The position numbers were made by a program, and so were the translations under genes. The notes beneath the pieces were generated by a model. The model did not search any database. It was not told the DNA's origin and saw only the letters and a program-made list of their open reading frames with translations. 64,000 bases of DNA from NCBI GenBank assembly GCA_001179505.1, contig CDMY01000294.1:67350-131349 (forward strand), written 5' to 3'. Below are positions 28,658 through 41,300 of this stretch, one piece after another (within the stretch, counting starts at the first letter, position 1; every line of letters begins with the position of its first letter). The DNA comes from Vitrella brassicaformis CCMP3155 (Eukaryota; Protista; Chromerida).

Positions 28658-30583
28658 ATGTCGTCAGAGCGTCGCAGCCGGCGCGAGGAGGAGGAGGACG
28701 AGGGCGAGCGGCGCAGCAAGCGCGAGCGCCACGACGACTACGACGATGACCGTGACCGTGACCGTGACCGTGACCGTGACCGCGACAGAGACAGGGATAG
28801 GGACAGCAGGGACAGGGACAGCAAGGAGAGGGCCGGCAGGGAGGAACGCAAGCGGAGGAAGCGCACCGGATGGGACGAGCCACCCACCACCACTGGAGGG
28901 GAGGGTGGTGCGGCTCCTGCCACAGCCGCGCTGGCCAACCCCGCGGCGTTGCTGGGCTTGGCCGCCAGTGGAGGGGCGGGAGCTCCCGCACCGCCGCTTG
29001 GAGGCGGGTAGGACGGGGAGGGAACGACACACGCATGGCATGGCGTGGCGACACACTTGTGTGTGTGATGGGTACGGTATGTCTGGTTCGTTTGTGTGTT
29101 TTGTGTGTGTGTTCAGTGGTCTGGGTGCGGTAGCGAGTCCGTCGCCGGCCAGTCTGCAGGAGAGCCTGCTGCTGGCCCAGACCAAGGCTCAGATGTCGCG
29201 GATGTGCCGCATCTATGTGGGCAACCTCGACTACACACTCACGGAAATGGTGAGTGAGCTGCACACGCACCCAACACCCACCCCTGCAGAGCGAACGGCA
29301 TCTCATCCCTGGTGTTGTGATGTGTTGTGTTGTGCTGTGCTGTGCTGTGTGTGCAGGATATCAAGCAGGTGTTCATGGCGTTCGGCGGCATCACCTCCAT
29401 TGACATGCCCAAGGAGGGCGGCCGCTCCAAGGGATTCTGCTTCATCGAGTTCCAGAAACCTGAGATGGCCGAGCAGGCACTGGCTGCCATGCAGGGCTTC
29501 CAGATCAAGGGGCGCACCGTGCGGCTCGGCAGACCCTCACCCCAGGCAGGCGACGCCACCGCACCCACGGCGGCATCGCTCAGCGGAGGGTTGGGAGCCA
29601 ACGCAGCACAAGCTGGCGCGCTGGCGGCGGCGAGCCTGCTGGGCGGCACAGGGATGGGTGGGGCGGCCTTGCCGTCAGCACAGGCCGGTGTGGCGCAGGC
29701 CGCCCTGGCCGCGCAGGCCCTGGCGGCAGGGGGTGGTGCGGTGAGTCCGTCTCAGGCGGCCGATCTGGCGATGAAGCGCATCTACGTGGGGTTCATTCCG
29801 TACCAGTTCAACGCTGACGACGTCAAGCAGATCTTCCAGGTGTTCGGGCAGATCGTGGCCTGCGAGCTGATCCCGTCGCTGGACAAGAAGGAGCAGCACC
29901 GCGGCTACGGCTTCATCGAGTTCGCCACACAGGAGCAGGCCGAGCTCGCCATCAAGACCATGAACGGCTTCGAAGTCGCCGGCAAGACTCTCAAGGTCAA
30001 CTGGGCCACCGCACAGGCCAAGCCCACCGGCACCATCCCGGCGGCAAACCCGCTGCTCGCGAACCTCGCCATCCCAGGACCGCTCGGCAACGGCGCCGCG
30101 CCAGCACTCGGCGACGCTGCAGCTGCTGTCGCTGGTGCCGTCAACGGCCTAGCGGGCTCGGCGGGTGCGGCGGGTGTGTTGGCGGCAGCCCCAGGCTCTG
30201 CGGCGGGCCTACCCGCCCCACCGCCAGCAGCAGCGGTGGCCAACCAGCCGTCGCCGACCCCCGCCCCCCTCGCCCCCGCCGCCAGTTTGCCCGAGGGCAC
30301 GCTGATAGCGATGACGGACATGGTGGCGCCGGACGAGGTGGACGACGACCTGGAGGACGAGATCCGCCAGGAGTGCGGCAACTACGGCACCGTCATGACG
30401 GTCAAGACGCACGTCAACCGCGACAGCGACAAGGTGGTGATTTTTGTGGCCTTCGCGCAGCCCGACGAGGCCAAGAAGGCGGTGCCCGAGCTGAACGGCC
30501 GGTGGTTCGGGGGCAAGCAGATCCACTGCGCCATCTACGACGTGGCCGCCTTCGCAAGGGGCAGCTACGAAAACCCTTTCTGA
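28658..30583 (+). CDS. PUF60: Poly(U)-binding splicing factor PUF60 homolog (2 RRM + UHM) with RD-rich N-terminus
   Basis: MCRIYVGNLDY..ITSIDM..KGFCFIEF; KRIYVGFIPY..HRGYGFIEF; UHM MVAPDEVDDDLEDEIRQECGNYG..LNGRWFGGK. Three exons. Confidence 0.88.
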
Positions 30584-31217
30584 CTCAGGGGATGGGCGCG
30601 CACACATCCACACACACACACACGAGGGAGGGAGGGAGGGAGGGACACCCACACAGGCGAGAGAGCGGGAGGGGGTGAGTGAGTGAGGCAGAGAGAGCGG
30701 GCGTTGTTGTATTGGCCACTGAGTGGATTGGTTGATGCGTGTCTGTCTGCCTGTGATATGGAAATATGTGTTTCATTGTGTTTCCCTGCTTCCCCCTGCT
30801 TGCTGTTTTCCTGCTTGCTGTTTCCCTGTCTGTCTGTCTGCTGTCTTTCTCTGTGTGTTTGTGTTTTCTTCTTCTGTCTGTTTGTCTCTCTGTGTGTGTC
30901 TGTGTGTGTGTCTGTGTGTGTGTTTGTATGTCTCTCTGGTTTGGTTTAAGCAGCGTGGCCTCTGCGTGGCTGACTGCAGTGAGTTCCGGCGGGGCGGCCA
31001 GCAAGCTGACTCGACTCGACTCGGTCGGACTGATGGGATCATGGATGGGTGGATGCACTGCACCCCACGCCTTGAAGGGATCCTGATGCTACCCTACCTG
31101 CCACCCCACCCGTACTTCCACGTACGTCAGTCTACATGTGACACTAATGGGGCCACCCACCATTATAATGCACACACTCCCCCTCACCCCCTCTCTGTTT
31201 GTTGATGATATCTATGT

Positions 31218-31259
<42 letters not shown>

Positions 31260-31794
31260 TGCTGGATTGGATGTGCGGCTTTGGCTGGTGCGTGCAGTTT
31301 TGAAAAGAATCAAATCGGTGGATGGATGGATGGATGGATGGGTGGACGAATGGAGGAACGGACGGACGGACGGTGGACGCCACTCACTCGCCCCTCGTTC
31401 CCCTGACGCGCTCGACCAGCACAGCACACATTATGTGTTTGTTCGTATCCAACTGGTATCGGTGGTTGAGCGCTGTGCAGTGGATGGATGGATGGATGGA
31501 CGGATGCATTGTGCCTAGCCGCTGCGGAAGCGATTATGGGTGGATTGTGGATTGCATGTGACATGACAGACAGCTGACAGCTGACAGGCCACCGACTTGC
31601 ATTGCATTCATGTTTCTTGTGTCCATGTGTGTGATATCGATGGGTGGAGGAGTAAGCAGCAGTGGACTCGTGTCATTGTGTGCTTTCAAGTCACTAAACA
31701 TGCATATCATGGCCGGATCTCACGGCCAGGTTTGACTCCGCGATATCCACTTGAGACGGCAAAGCCCCCCCAGAGGCCCCCACGCAGATTCGTC

Positions 31795-34700
31795 ATGAGA
31801 CTGCCGGCAGCTAGGATGAGACCGCCCGCTGCATCTCCGAGGCAGGACGTGCCCGTTCTCGAGCGGCCATCCCTCCCTGGGCTCCTCTTCGACTCTGATC
31901 ACGATGGCGGCAGGCGCAGTGTCAGCCGCAGCACACTGTCGACGTCGACTGAGGGTGGCGGGGAGTACCCAATGCAGCGGTTTGGGAGGGGAGTGATGCC
32001 TCGCAAGCTGACGTGGGACATGGAGTCCCTATTCGAAGACTCCCGTCGCGGCGATGATGGTCTCAAGAGGCCGCCCCAGCCCGCCCAGCACAAGAGAGCC
32101 GCCAGCCCCAAAAAGCCGCCCCTCACACCCAGGGAGTACCTCGACACAATCATGCACGACGCCAGCAGCACGTCCTCATCCGATGGCAGATCTGACGATG
32201 AAGAGCGGCAGACGGCGCCTCAGTTGGACAGCTCCTCTCGGCACAGCCTGTTTCAGCTCGACCCTGACCGGCATCTGGCGTTGAAGCAGCTCTTTGAGGA
32301 GCCCCTGCGAGTGCCGCTGCATTGGTTCGCAAAGAAGGCGGCAGAAGGCGAACAGATGGCCGCAATAGCGCTCCTGCAGCTCACGTCAGCCACAGGCCTC
32401 CGCAGCACCAACGTCAAGACGCTCGGCGAGCACCTCGCCCGCCTTCTGTCCTCCGAAAAACCGGAGCACATCCCAATTGTCCCCCCTCAAGAGGATGTCT
32501 CCCCCAGACGGCGGCGTGCTGTTGGGCTCACGGCGAGCAGCAAGTTCGGCAAAGCGCCGACGGTCCTTTTCGAAGCGCCCAAGCCGAAGCAGGAGGACGA
32601 GAGGGAGGCACAGAGGCTGCTGCGGTTCCTGGAGCTGGGGCTCAGGGGGTCGTGTCCACCAAGGAATCCTCCGTTTGAGGTGACGTGGCCGAATGTGCTG
32701 GATCTGATACTGCAGGAGGGTCTGCAGAGGGAGGCGAGGGCGGAGGCGACGCTGGGTGGCGATGCTGTGGTGCGGCTGACGCAGCTGGGGGGGACCTTCT
32801 TCAAATCCCATGTGTCTGGGGCTCCTCCCTACGCGAGCATTGAGCACTCAGTGAGGTAGGGACATATGGATGTCCCCATGCAAGCAGGACATTGTATTGT
32901 ATGGCACACACCGTCTGAAGTTCCGCCTCGTCTATTGTATTGCAGAGTTGCATTCCCCGTTCGCCACCATCCCACAAGCTTCCATGTCCTCACGGCTGCA
33001 CAGGACGGCATCGTCACTCTATGGGAACTCCGCGCTTTCCACAGCAAGGGGGCCCCGCCCACAGCTGAGGACACCAAATCCCCTGCAGAGGACCGACAGA
33101 GCGATGTCGTCTTTGAGCTGGTCCCGCACGGCCAGCTAACGCTCGTGCCGGCCTTTCCGTCGTATTCGTCGCTCGGTGCGTCTCAATATGCACGGGAAGA
33201 GAAGGACAAGGCCCAGCAGAGGGAAGTGCAAGAATCGCTGAGGCTCTCTGCCAAAATGAGCGATCTGGTCGTCCGTCGGCGGTACTCCGACAGCAAGCCG
33301 AAGGTGCGGGATAGCCTCACGGGCGAGGCCAAGCGGCCGTCCGCAGCTGCGGTTGTGTCGCGAGGCAAGAAGCGTCCGACGGATGGCCACGATGAGGGCC
33401 CGCTGCGTGCGAAGCCGCGCATCAGCCGGACATTCACTTCGTTGAGCTCGGTGGAAAAGGTGACTGACCACTATGCTCAAGGATTTCAATGCGGCACCAC
33501 TATTGCTGTGTCCATCGGCCTCAGGAAGATGAAACAGTGGCGGCCAGATCAGCTTTTGATCGCTTTGTGACCGTCCTGGGCGTCAAGAGAGCTTACAAGT
33601 CGTTCAAAGACAGGTAGGTAGGTATGTGTGTGGCACTGCAGATACAATGTCGCCATGTCTCCTGTGTCCTGATGTGTCCTTCTGTCTCTCTGTCAGTCTG
33701 ACTCGCATTCGCGCGCGGAAGCAGAAGGGCGATCTGACGGCAGCGGAGAGGCGGCGGCAGAAGTCGCTGTACACGGAGCACTCGCACCAGTGTGAGATGC
33801 TGGATCGCATCAACAGGCTGCACGGCGACATCCATGGGCAGCTATACCGATGCAAGAAGGACCACATGGGCGTCATGCGCGAGGAGCCCCTGGACATGCA
33901 CCGCCCTGCACTGGCCGTCTTCCAGCACTCCAAACACATCAAGGTAGTAAACCAGACAATCAATACCCATTGCTTAAGAATGGCGCCGTGTCACTTGATG
34001 TGCTGTGCGAGTGCCTTTGCAGCTGCATCCCGTGCATGTCTTGGAGCCGTCTGATCACATGCGGCATCTCCAGGCCAAGGGAATCACACTGCCCAACGAC
34101 CAGAGACTCGAAGACGTGGCTGCCTTCCTCACGGCGCCCAGCCGCGCCAGTGAGTTTGCGAAAGAGCTGGACAAATGGTGGCAGAAGGTGGCCGCCAGGC
34201 TAGAGCTGCAGGAGAAGGTAAAGCCCTCGCCCCGCTCACCCAGAAGCCCAGCCAGACGATCGCCGAGCCGGCTGTCATCCCCTTTGCCCTCGTCGCCCCG
34301 CGGCCGCCGATCCCCATCCACCTTCACCCCCTCCTCTGCTGTCTTCTCCCCTCTATCGCCCAGGTCACCTGCCGCGACCAAACCGCCGCCCGCAAGGCTA
34401 CACGAGGCCGTCATGCATATGGCAAGGCCATTGTCCGGTCGGCAGAGCGTGTCTCCCCTGATGCTGTCCCGTCGGATGGTCTTACAGTGGGCGTCGAAGC
34501 GCAAACAGGCAATGGGAGAGGCGGCCAGGGGGCGGGGGCTGTCGATCCACCGTGGAGTGGAGGGACATGCTGATGGCGGCGAGACGGCACGGAGGGTCAC
34601 CTTTGGGCAAGACACGTGTGAGTGGCGATAGATAGATACTGTCTTACTCTCTCATGTCTTGGCTGTCCGTATTTGCAGCTTTACTCGGCGTGCGACGGTC

Positions 34701-37700
34701 TGCTGTCGGAAGCACGACGGGAGGCGAGGGTCTTTCCATGTCCTTCGCGGCAGGTGCGCCGCGCCACTCCCGTCTGAGCGTTGTGAGGCGGCAATCAGCG
34801 AGATCGCCCGCAGCCACCACACACACCACGCCCGGCAGACCCCCCAGCCGCATGGAGCAACAAAGCGGCGGAGGGGTGGCTCCCTGTGGCAAGGAAGAGG
34901 TGACTGACTGACTGACTGACACACCGTTAAAGCGAGACCTGTAGATATCGATTCTCTGTTCGTTCTGTGGGGGTAGCAAACGGAGCGTCGGAGTATGTTT
35001 GTGACGTCGATGGCTGCTGATCTGGTCAACAAGCGAGTGATTGTCTCACTCGGTGACGGCCATGTGGCCGTCTACCACCCATTCAGACTATTCGGCAGAC
35101 GCGCACCGAGTGAGTGAATGAGTGAGGGCTCACACCCACTCACATCCCACATTGCTGCCCTGCCACCTCTGTCTTTGTGCCTGTCAGGTCTGCAACCGAC
35201 TCAGGTGTTTCGGACACTCATAGATACCGCCGGCCAGGCCAAGGTCTCCCAATCTTTGGACACTGTTTCAACCTCATCTCCCCCCTCACATCAGCCCCGG
35301 AGGAGAGACGAGACGTCGGTGTCGGCTCGGCTGTCGATGTCCGCCATCCCCACCGTGCTGCACATCCCTCATGCGGAAGAAATCCCGCGACCCTCCCAGG
35401 CAGATCATGCCGCTGCTGCTGAGGTGCGGGAGGCAGCTGGAGATGAGGAGAAGAGGGGGACAGGCCGACAGGGAAGGGCATCAATGGCAGTTCACGGCGG
35501 TAAGGTGTCGCCAGAGGAGGAGGAGGAGAACAACAACCAAACATATGCAAAACGTAAGGGAACAGGTGGAGCACAAACAAAGGGAGTGACAGGTCGAATG
35601 GTGCAGACGTCGCATGTCTCCTCGTCACAGCACAAGAAGACCCGGCTCTTCAGCCCTTTCTGGACAACGTTGTGATTGTCGGCTTCGAGCGGGGACGCGT
35701 GGCTTCCTACCGCATCCTGACGCCACAGACAGCACAGACATACCAGTCAAGACAGCCGCGACCGGTGTCGCCCTCCAGCCGCAACAAAGGGTGCAAGCAA
35801 ACCTGGGGTCCGCATCGGTCGTCGGTGGGCGGCCGTCATGTGCTGACGTCATGGGAGGAGCTGGAGACACCCATAATACAGATGGAGGAGCCGATCATCA
35901 GACAGCACAGGTGCTGCACTCGCAGACATGCAAACCTTCCAGACCGACCGACGGAGTGTGCGTGTCGGCGTGCTGTCTGCTGTGCATGTAGCCTTCACAA
36001 CGGGGCGGCGGTTGTTGCCGTAGCGTATCGGAAGCATCTGGGTGTCTTCTCTGCTGCAGCTGACGGGTCCGTCGCTGTTGTCAGCCCCGCGTTCGATCCC
36101 CTCTGGACGCTGCAGCTCAGACAGAGAGACGGAACGGTCAACACACACACACACACACACGCAAGAAAAGGCAGACACACGTACTGTACACAGACAGGTG
36201 TCTCTCTATCGATCCCTTTGTTCCTTTGAGTGCAGCTGTTTCGCCTTCGGTCGTTTGACTATTCGTTGTTTCACGACCTAGTGGCCGTGACAGACAACAG
36301 AGGAGAGCTCCAACTCTGGTCAGGCCAGGCCAGCAGCAGGGAGAGGCGGGGAGATCCTCAGTCAGTAGTGAATGGGTGTTTGCCTGCCTGTTGCCTGCCT
36401 GTCTGCCTGTCCTCAGGGCAGCGTCCACACAGGCTAAGATAGCCGAGTCGGCCGACCCTCTAGCGTCGGGCCCTGACCGTTCCTCACCCGGCAACTCGGC
36501 GACTGTCTGCCTTGCCTTCGTGGGGCCTCTCAAGCATGCACACCGGACACTGCTGACGGTGCATGAGAGGGGAGTCGCAACGCTGTGGAATGCGTAGGCA
36601 ACAAATCAAGGGTTGGCAGAGAGGGAGAAGATAGCTAGCTGTGACTTATTGGATTTTGCCAGTATCTGTCTGTCTGGCATGTGTGTCTCAGAACAACACT
36701 CGATCGCCTGCAATCCTGCACGTACGCAGATATCAAGGCATGCTTGTGATTGTCAGTCCGTCGGTGCTGCTTTATTCATTACTTTCTTTATCCAGCCTTC
36801 CTGACCTGCAAAGCGACCTGACCAACTGCATGTACGACCGCAACACCGGGATCCTGGTCCTCTTTGCCCGCACGTGCACCATGTGGTTCATGCACGAGCA
36901 CGACGCCATCCGCACCATACCCACAACTGACCCCGTCGCGCCGTCATTCGCCACCGATGGCTGTCCGCCTGTGAGAATCCCCGCAGCCATCAACGCCAGC
37001 ACACAGATCCAGCTGGTGGCAGCACAGCCCACAGCGGCACCATCGTCGGCGGATAGCAGCGGCATGCATGCCGTCAGTGCACCACCTGATCGGCATATGA
37101 GGGTGAGAGACACGAGGGAGATGGATGAAGGGGAAAGGGCAGCGGCGGGCGGTGTGCTGCCATCGGAGACCGTGTCGAGCTCCAAGTGTGTCAGCTGGAG
37201 GGCAAGACAGCCGGAAAAGACGGCTGTGGCCACTTCAGAGAACCTCACTGTCTACCCACTTAATGAACAACCGGGCAGAGGCGACGCCAAAGTAAGAGAC
37301 GGCACGGGCGAGGTGCTTCCGCTGACGATCGGCTCGCCCACAGCCCACCTTGCCGCGATGGATGTGGTTGGCAGCGGCGGGAAGGCCGTCGTGCTGTCGG
37401 TGGACAGCGATGGGGTGGCTGTCGTGTGGGACATGCTCACGGGCGTGCCGACAGTCACCTATCTCCTTGCAGGACCGACTGACCCACCCATCACAACGGT
37501 ACGCACCACAGCACACACATCGAATTCAAAGGAGACACAAAGACTCGTGTCTCTCTCCCTCTCTCTCTTGTCGGGTGGGATCAGGTGCTGTGTCCGCCCG
37601 AGTCATCTGTGTTCTTCGTGGGGGACATCAGCGGAGGTATTAAGGCCTTCTCGGTCTTCTCGGGCCGCTGCCTCCGGTCTTTTCAGCTGCCGGCACTCAA

Positions 37701-40278
37701 GAGCAGCACAATCCAGCCGCCAAGCAGCAAGGCACTGGACACATCCTCCCCTCTCAAGAGAAGAACGACACGCTCGGTCACGTCTGGGTCCAGCGGCGGC
37801 AGGGAGACTGATGTGGGAGGTGACAGGGACAGGCAGAAGGGACAGACACCGCAGGAGAGCGGCTTTGTGGCAGTGGCGTCGATCACCTGCAGCACTTCTT
37901 TGCAGTCGACAGACTCGCCGTGGGGCTTCTGCGTGGGATGCAAGGATGGGTCTGTAATCTTCTGTCCATCCCAGTGGCTCGAGGCGGAGGGCGTCCAACC
38001 AAGCTCTCTCAAGCCATGCAAGACGCTGCGCGCCCACTCAGCCACCGTCAGTGCTGTCCACTCTCTGAAGGCGTGCGTCATTAGTGGCGACACCAACAAC
38101 CAGCTGGTCGTATGGCAGGCCCTCTCCGCCCCACAGCCGGTGCAGCACATCTCTCTCGCTTCCTCTCTCTCCAGCCTAGCGAGCGGCGGCAAGGACCGAT
38201 CGCCGGCCATGGCTACCCTTTTCGCCAGCGCCATGGAGAAGGCCGCCAGCCCCACCAAGACACGACCGACAGAGGCACCTTCCCGCCGCAGCACGCGGGC
38301 ACCGTCACTGGCCCCCGGCCAGGGGGGCAGGACCAAGAGATTTGCTTCGTTGTCACGCATGGCACTGCTGCCGTCGAGTGCAGACGAGCAGGCACAGATG
38401 CCTCTACCGTGTGTGACGTGTGAGGTGACGGGAGATGAGATACCCCTGGAGCATGAGATTGCGGACATCTTCGCCTTTGCCCCCGTCAAGGCAACCACAC
38501 TCAGCCCATCCCTCGAGCCTGGTGCCGAGCATGCAACCAAAGGGCCTCCCTCGTTGGCTAGAGACAAGACACCGGAGCGTGTCTCACGGCTCTCTGACGA
38601 GAGCTCGCCCCGTTCGTCGCAAGGGCGGTCATCGGTTATCCCCCACTTCGACTCTCCGTTGTCGCTGCTCAAGAAGGGCATGGCTGCCGGCGGACGTGAC
38701 TCACGCTTCAGCTTCATGTCCTTCACCAAGGCAGTCGCCGAATGCCAGCGGGGCCGAGTGCCAGTGCCGTCCTCCCGCAGAGCCACTGAGCGGCCGATGT
38801 TGTCTATTGTGCCTGAAGACACACAGCGGCAGGACAAGGACAAAGTGGGCGAGAAGGTTTCGCTGACAGCCACTGAGCGCCTCATGCTTCAGGCGAAGAC
38901 GATGCAAACAGACGACCATGCCAGCAGCCGCAAGAGCAGCCGCGTCTCCGTTACCATTGGACAGCAGCACCATGGCGAGCACGCCTTCGACATGGTGCGC
39001 AGGTTTGTCGGTGGACAGCAGCTGCCTGGTGCAAGCGGAGACAAGGGCGGCAGAGGCGCCACGTTCCCGGGCGAGCTCTGCTGTGTGGTCCTGTGGCGGT
39101 GCGGCAGTCTGGGTGTAGTCAAGACGGGCGTCACAGCAAACACAGCCACAGCTGATGGTGCCAGCGGCAGGGCCGGTGTGGTGTGGCGACGCACGTGCTG
39201 CTGCCCGCCACAGTCGCTATGGGCATGGGACGCCCTCACGAGCACGGTGCTGATAGTCGGGCTGAAGGGTCAGGCCAGCCTATGGAAGGGCCCCGAGCCA
39301 CAGATGGCACGAGAGAGGTCCTTCCAGCTCCCCCCACCTCCCTGCTCGCCTCCCCTGCCACAACACGCTGCCGACGCAGGCCAAAAGCGGCTGCTGCCAG
39401 TGAGCGGCTTCGCTGCCGGCGCCAAAGCCCAGCCGTCCGAGGAAGCTTCGCTGTCTTCTTCATATGTGGCGATGAGCGTGGTTCACATCAAGCGGACGCG
39501 GCTATTCGGAGTAGGCTACTCGAACGGGTGGGTGCAGGTGGTGAACAGCCATGGGGAGGTGATTGCGGTTGTGGGTGCCCCGCCTGGCACACCTGTCGCC
39601 GAGCGGCATAAATGGCCGCCGGAGAGCTTTATGAAGGACTACCTGCAGAGGCGTGGCAACCAGCTTTGGAGAGCCGCTCTACAATTCCGACTGAAAAGGC
39701 AACCGACCCAACAGAAGAAGCCGTCTCAACTTAATTGGTTGTCTGCATGTCATGTCTCTCTCGTGTGTCTTGATTGTGTGGTCTTCAGTGGGTCTTCCTT
39801 CTCTCTTGGCAAGCGGCTCGCAGAAGTTGTCTCAGAGGCCAAAATAAAGCGCCAGGAAGATGGGCGCCGCGCACGCGAGATGAAGGAGAGGCGTAAGCTA
39901 AAGCGGCTGTCACAAGCTGCCCAAGACAAGGAGGCCTCGTTTGCCCAGCCAACCACCGCCCGTCCGCAGCCAGCCTTGCCCCCTCCCCCACCCGTAATGC
40001 CCCAGAGCCTGCGTGACAAGAACGGCCGCCGTCGTTTGTCGACGGCGCCATCCGTAGGTACCGTGATATCGGCGGCCAGAAGGGAATCCAAGAAGAGACA
40101 CCTGACCACCAGCATTGTGGCCAAGATTGCCAAGATTGCTCAAGCCTCGCTGGGAGATGAGGCTGTGTCCCGTAAAGGCAGCAGGAGTGGCAGCAGGGCC
40201 GGGTCGAGGAGGGGGTCAATTAGCAGGGCTGCGTCGATGGCCTCGGTGTCGAGTGGATCGTCGGATGGTGACAGGTGA
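31795..40278 (+). CDS. Very large multi-exon protein with divergent WD40 repeats and S/R-rich linkers (may be more than one gene)
   Basis: WD-like ends: VLTAAQDGIVTLWEL, AVTDNRGELQLWS, VLSVDSDGVAVVWDM, HSATVSAVHSLKACVISGDTNNQLVVWQ, GYSNGWVQVV. Long open exons (e.g. 37585..40278). Confidence 0.55.
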
Positions 40279-40655
40279 AGGACAACTAATGCCTTTGGCG
40301 ATGTGCATTTGTTCAGCGTGTGATGGAGACATACATTTGTACGTCTGTCTGTGGCTTTGACCTTCTTGGTGGTATGGGCGTGTCCATTGCGTTCATGTAA
40401 TTTATTGTCAATCCATCCGGTTCATGCATCCCACACACAGTCGCACACAGACATGGACACCAGCAACGCTCCAACACACGCATGCAGCACATCGACTGGA
40501 AGCGCCTGCCTCCCTCCGTCAACCACCAGCTCATTTTCATCCGTCCATCGCTGCAGCGTGACAGGCGCCACACCAGGCGAGCCCTACTAGCTGAGCTATG
40601 CAATCATCGCATCGCGCCCCCTCCCCCACCCAGGTGTCCTCCGCCGAGTGCTCAC

Positions 40656-41300
40656 TCACGGGTCGTCGATGTCCATCATGTCTGTGTCCTCATCCACCGC
40701 CATCATGGGCTCGTCTTGGTCGGCCATGGAAGTGGACGATGCCATCGAGGGATTGGCGGCGCTTGTCGGGGTGGTGGTGGCGGGTGGGGGGAAGCCTTGG
40801 CCGATGTAGGCGGCGGCCACGAGCGGGAACAGGGTGGCATCATGTGTGCAGTAGGGACGTACAGAGAGCTGTAGGGAGAGCCCGTCGGCTGGGTGGCGTG
40901 ACACCGGGAGACACACCATTCTGAAGCAAAACAAACGTCCATAACATCCAGGACGTGGGACTTGTCTCTGTGCCTCTCTCCCTCCATCTTACCCGGACAA
41001 CACGTCGAGCAGGCCGTTGTCGCGCGTGCGCCACTGCTGCAGCTCGGCTTTGATCCCTCCGGCACCCCCGAAGGCGGTGGAGAAGTGAATCGGGTTGCCC
41101 TCGTCGTTGCCTGGCCGCCCCGTGAAGTGAATGAGCTGGCGACACACCTTGACGAGCACCGCATTGCTCGGGCAGGCAAGAGGGAAGAAGTACTCTTGGC
41201 TGTGCTTGCCGGTGGTCAGCTCTATGGCCACGATGCCGGCCTGGAAGACATCCCTCTGCCTCTCGTCATAGGCTGGGAAGAGGCCGCAACCTGAATGCAT
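40656..41300 (-). CDS. Protein-kinase C-lobe-like fragment, copy 1 (two exons; 5' part unresolved)
   Basis: RDVFQAGIVAIELTTGK resembles subdomain IX and LLDVLSG|MVCLP..RPYC resembles subdomain XI. In-frame GG|gtaag..cag|A splice. Confidence 0.45.

Noticed and set aside
28020-30400. Long antisense ORFs over the transporter, PUF60, COG7 and DDX5 exons
   Set aside because: These are shadow ORFs produced by GC-rich codon bias on the coding strand.
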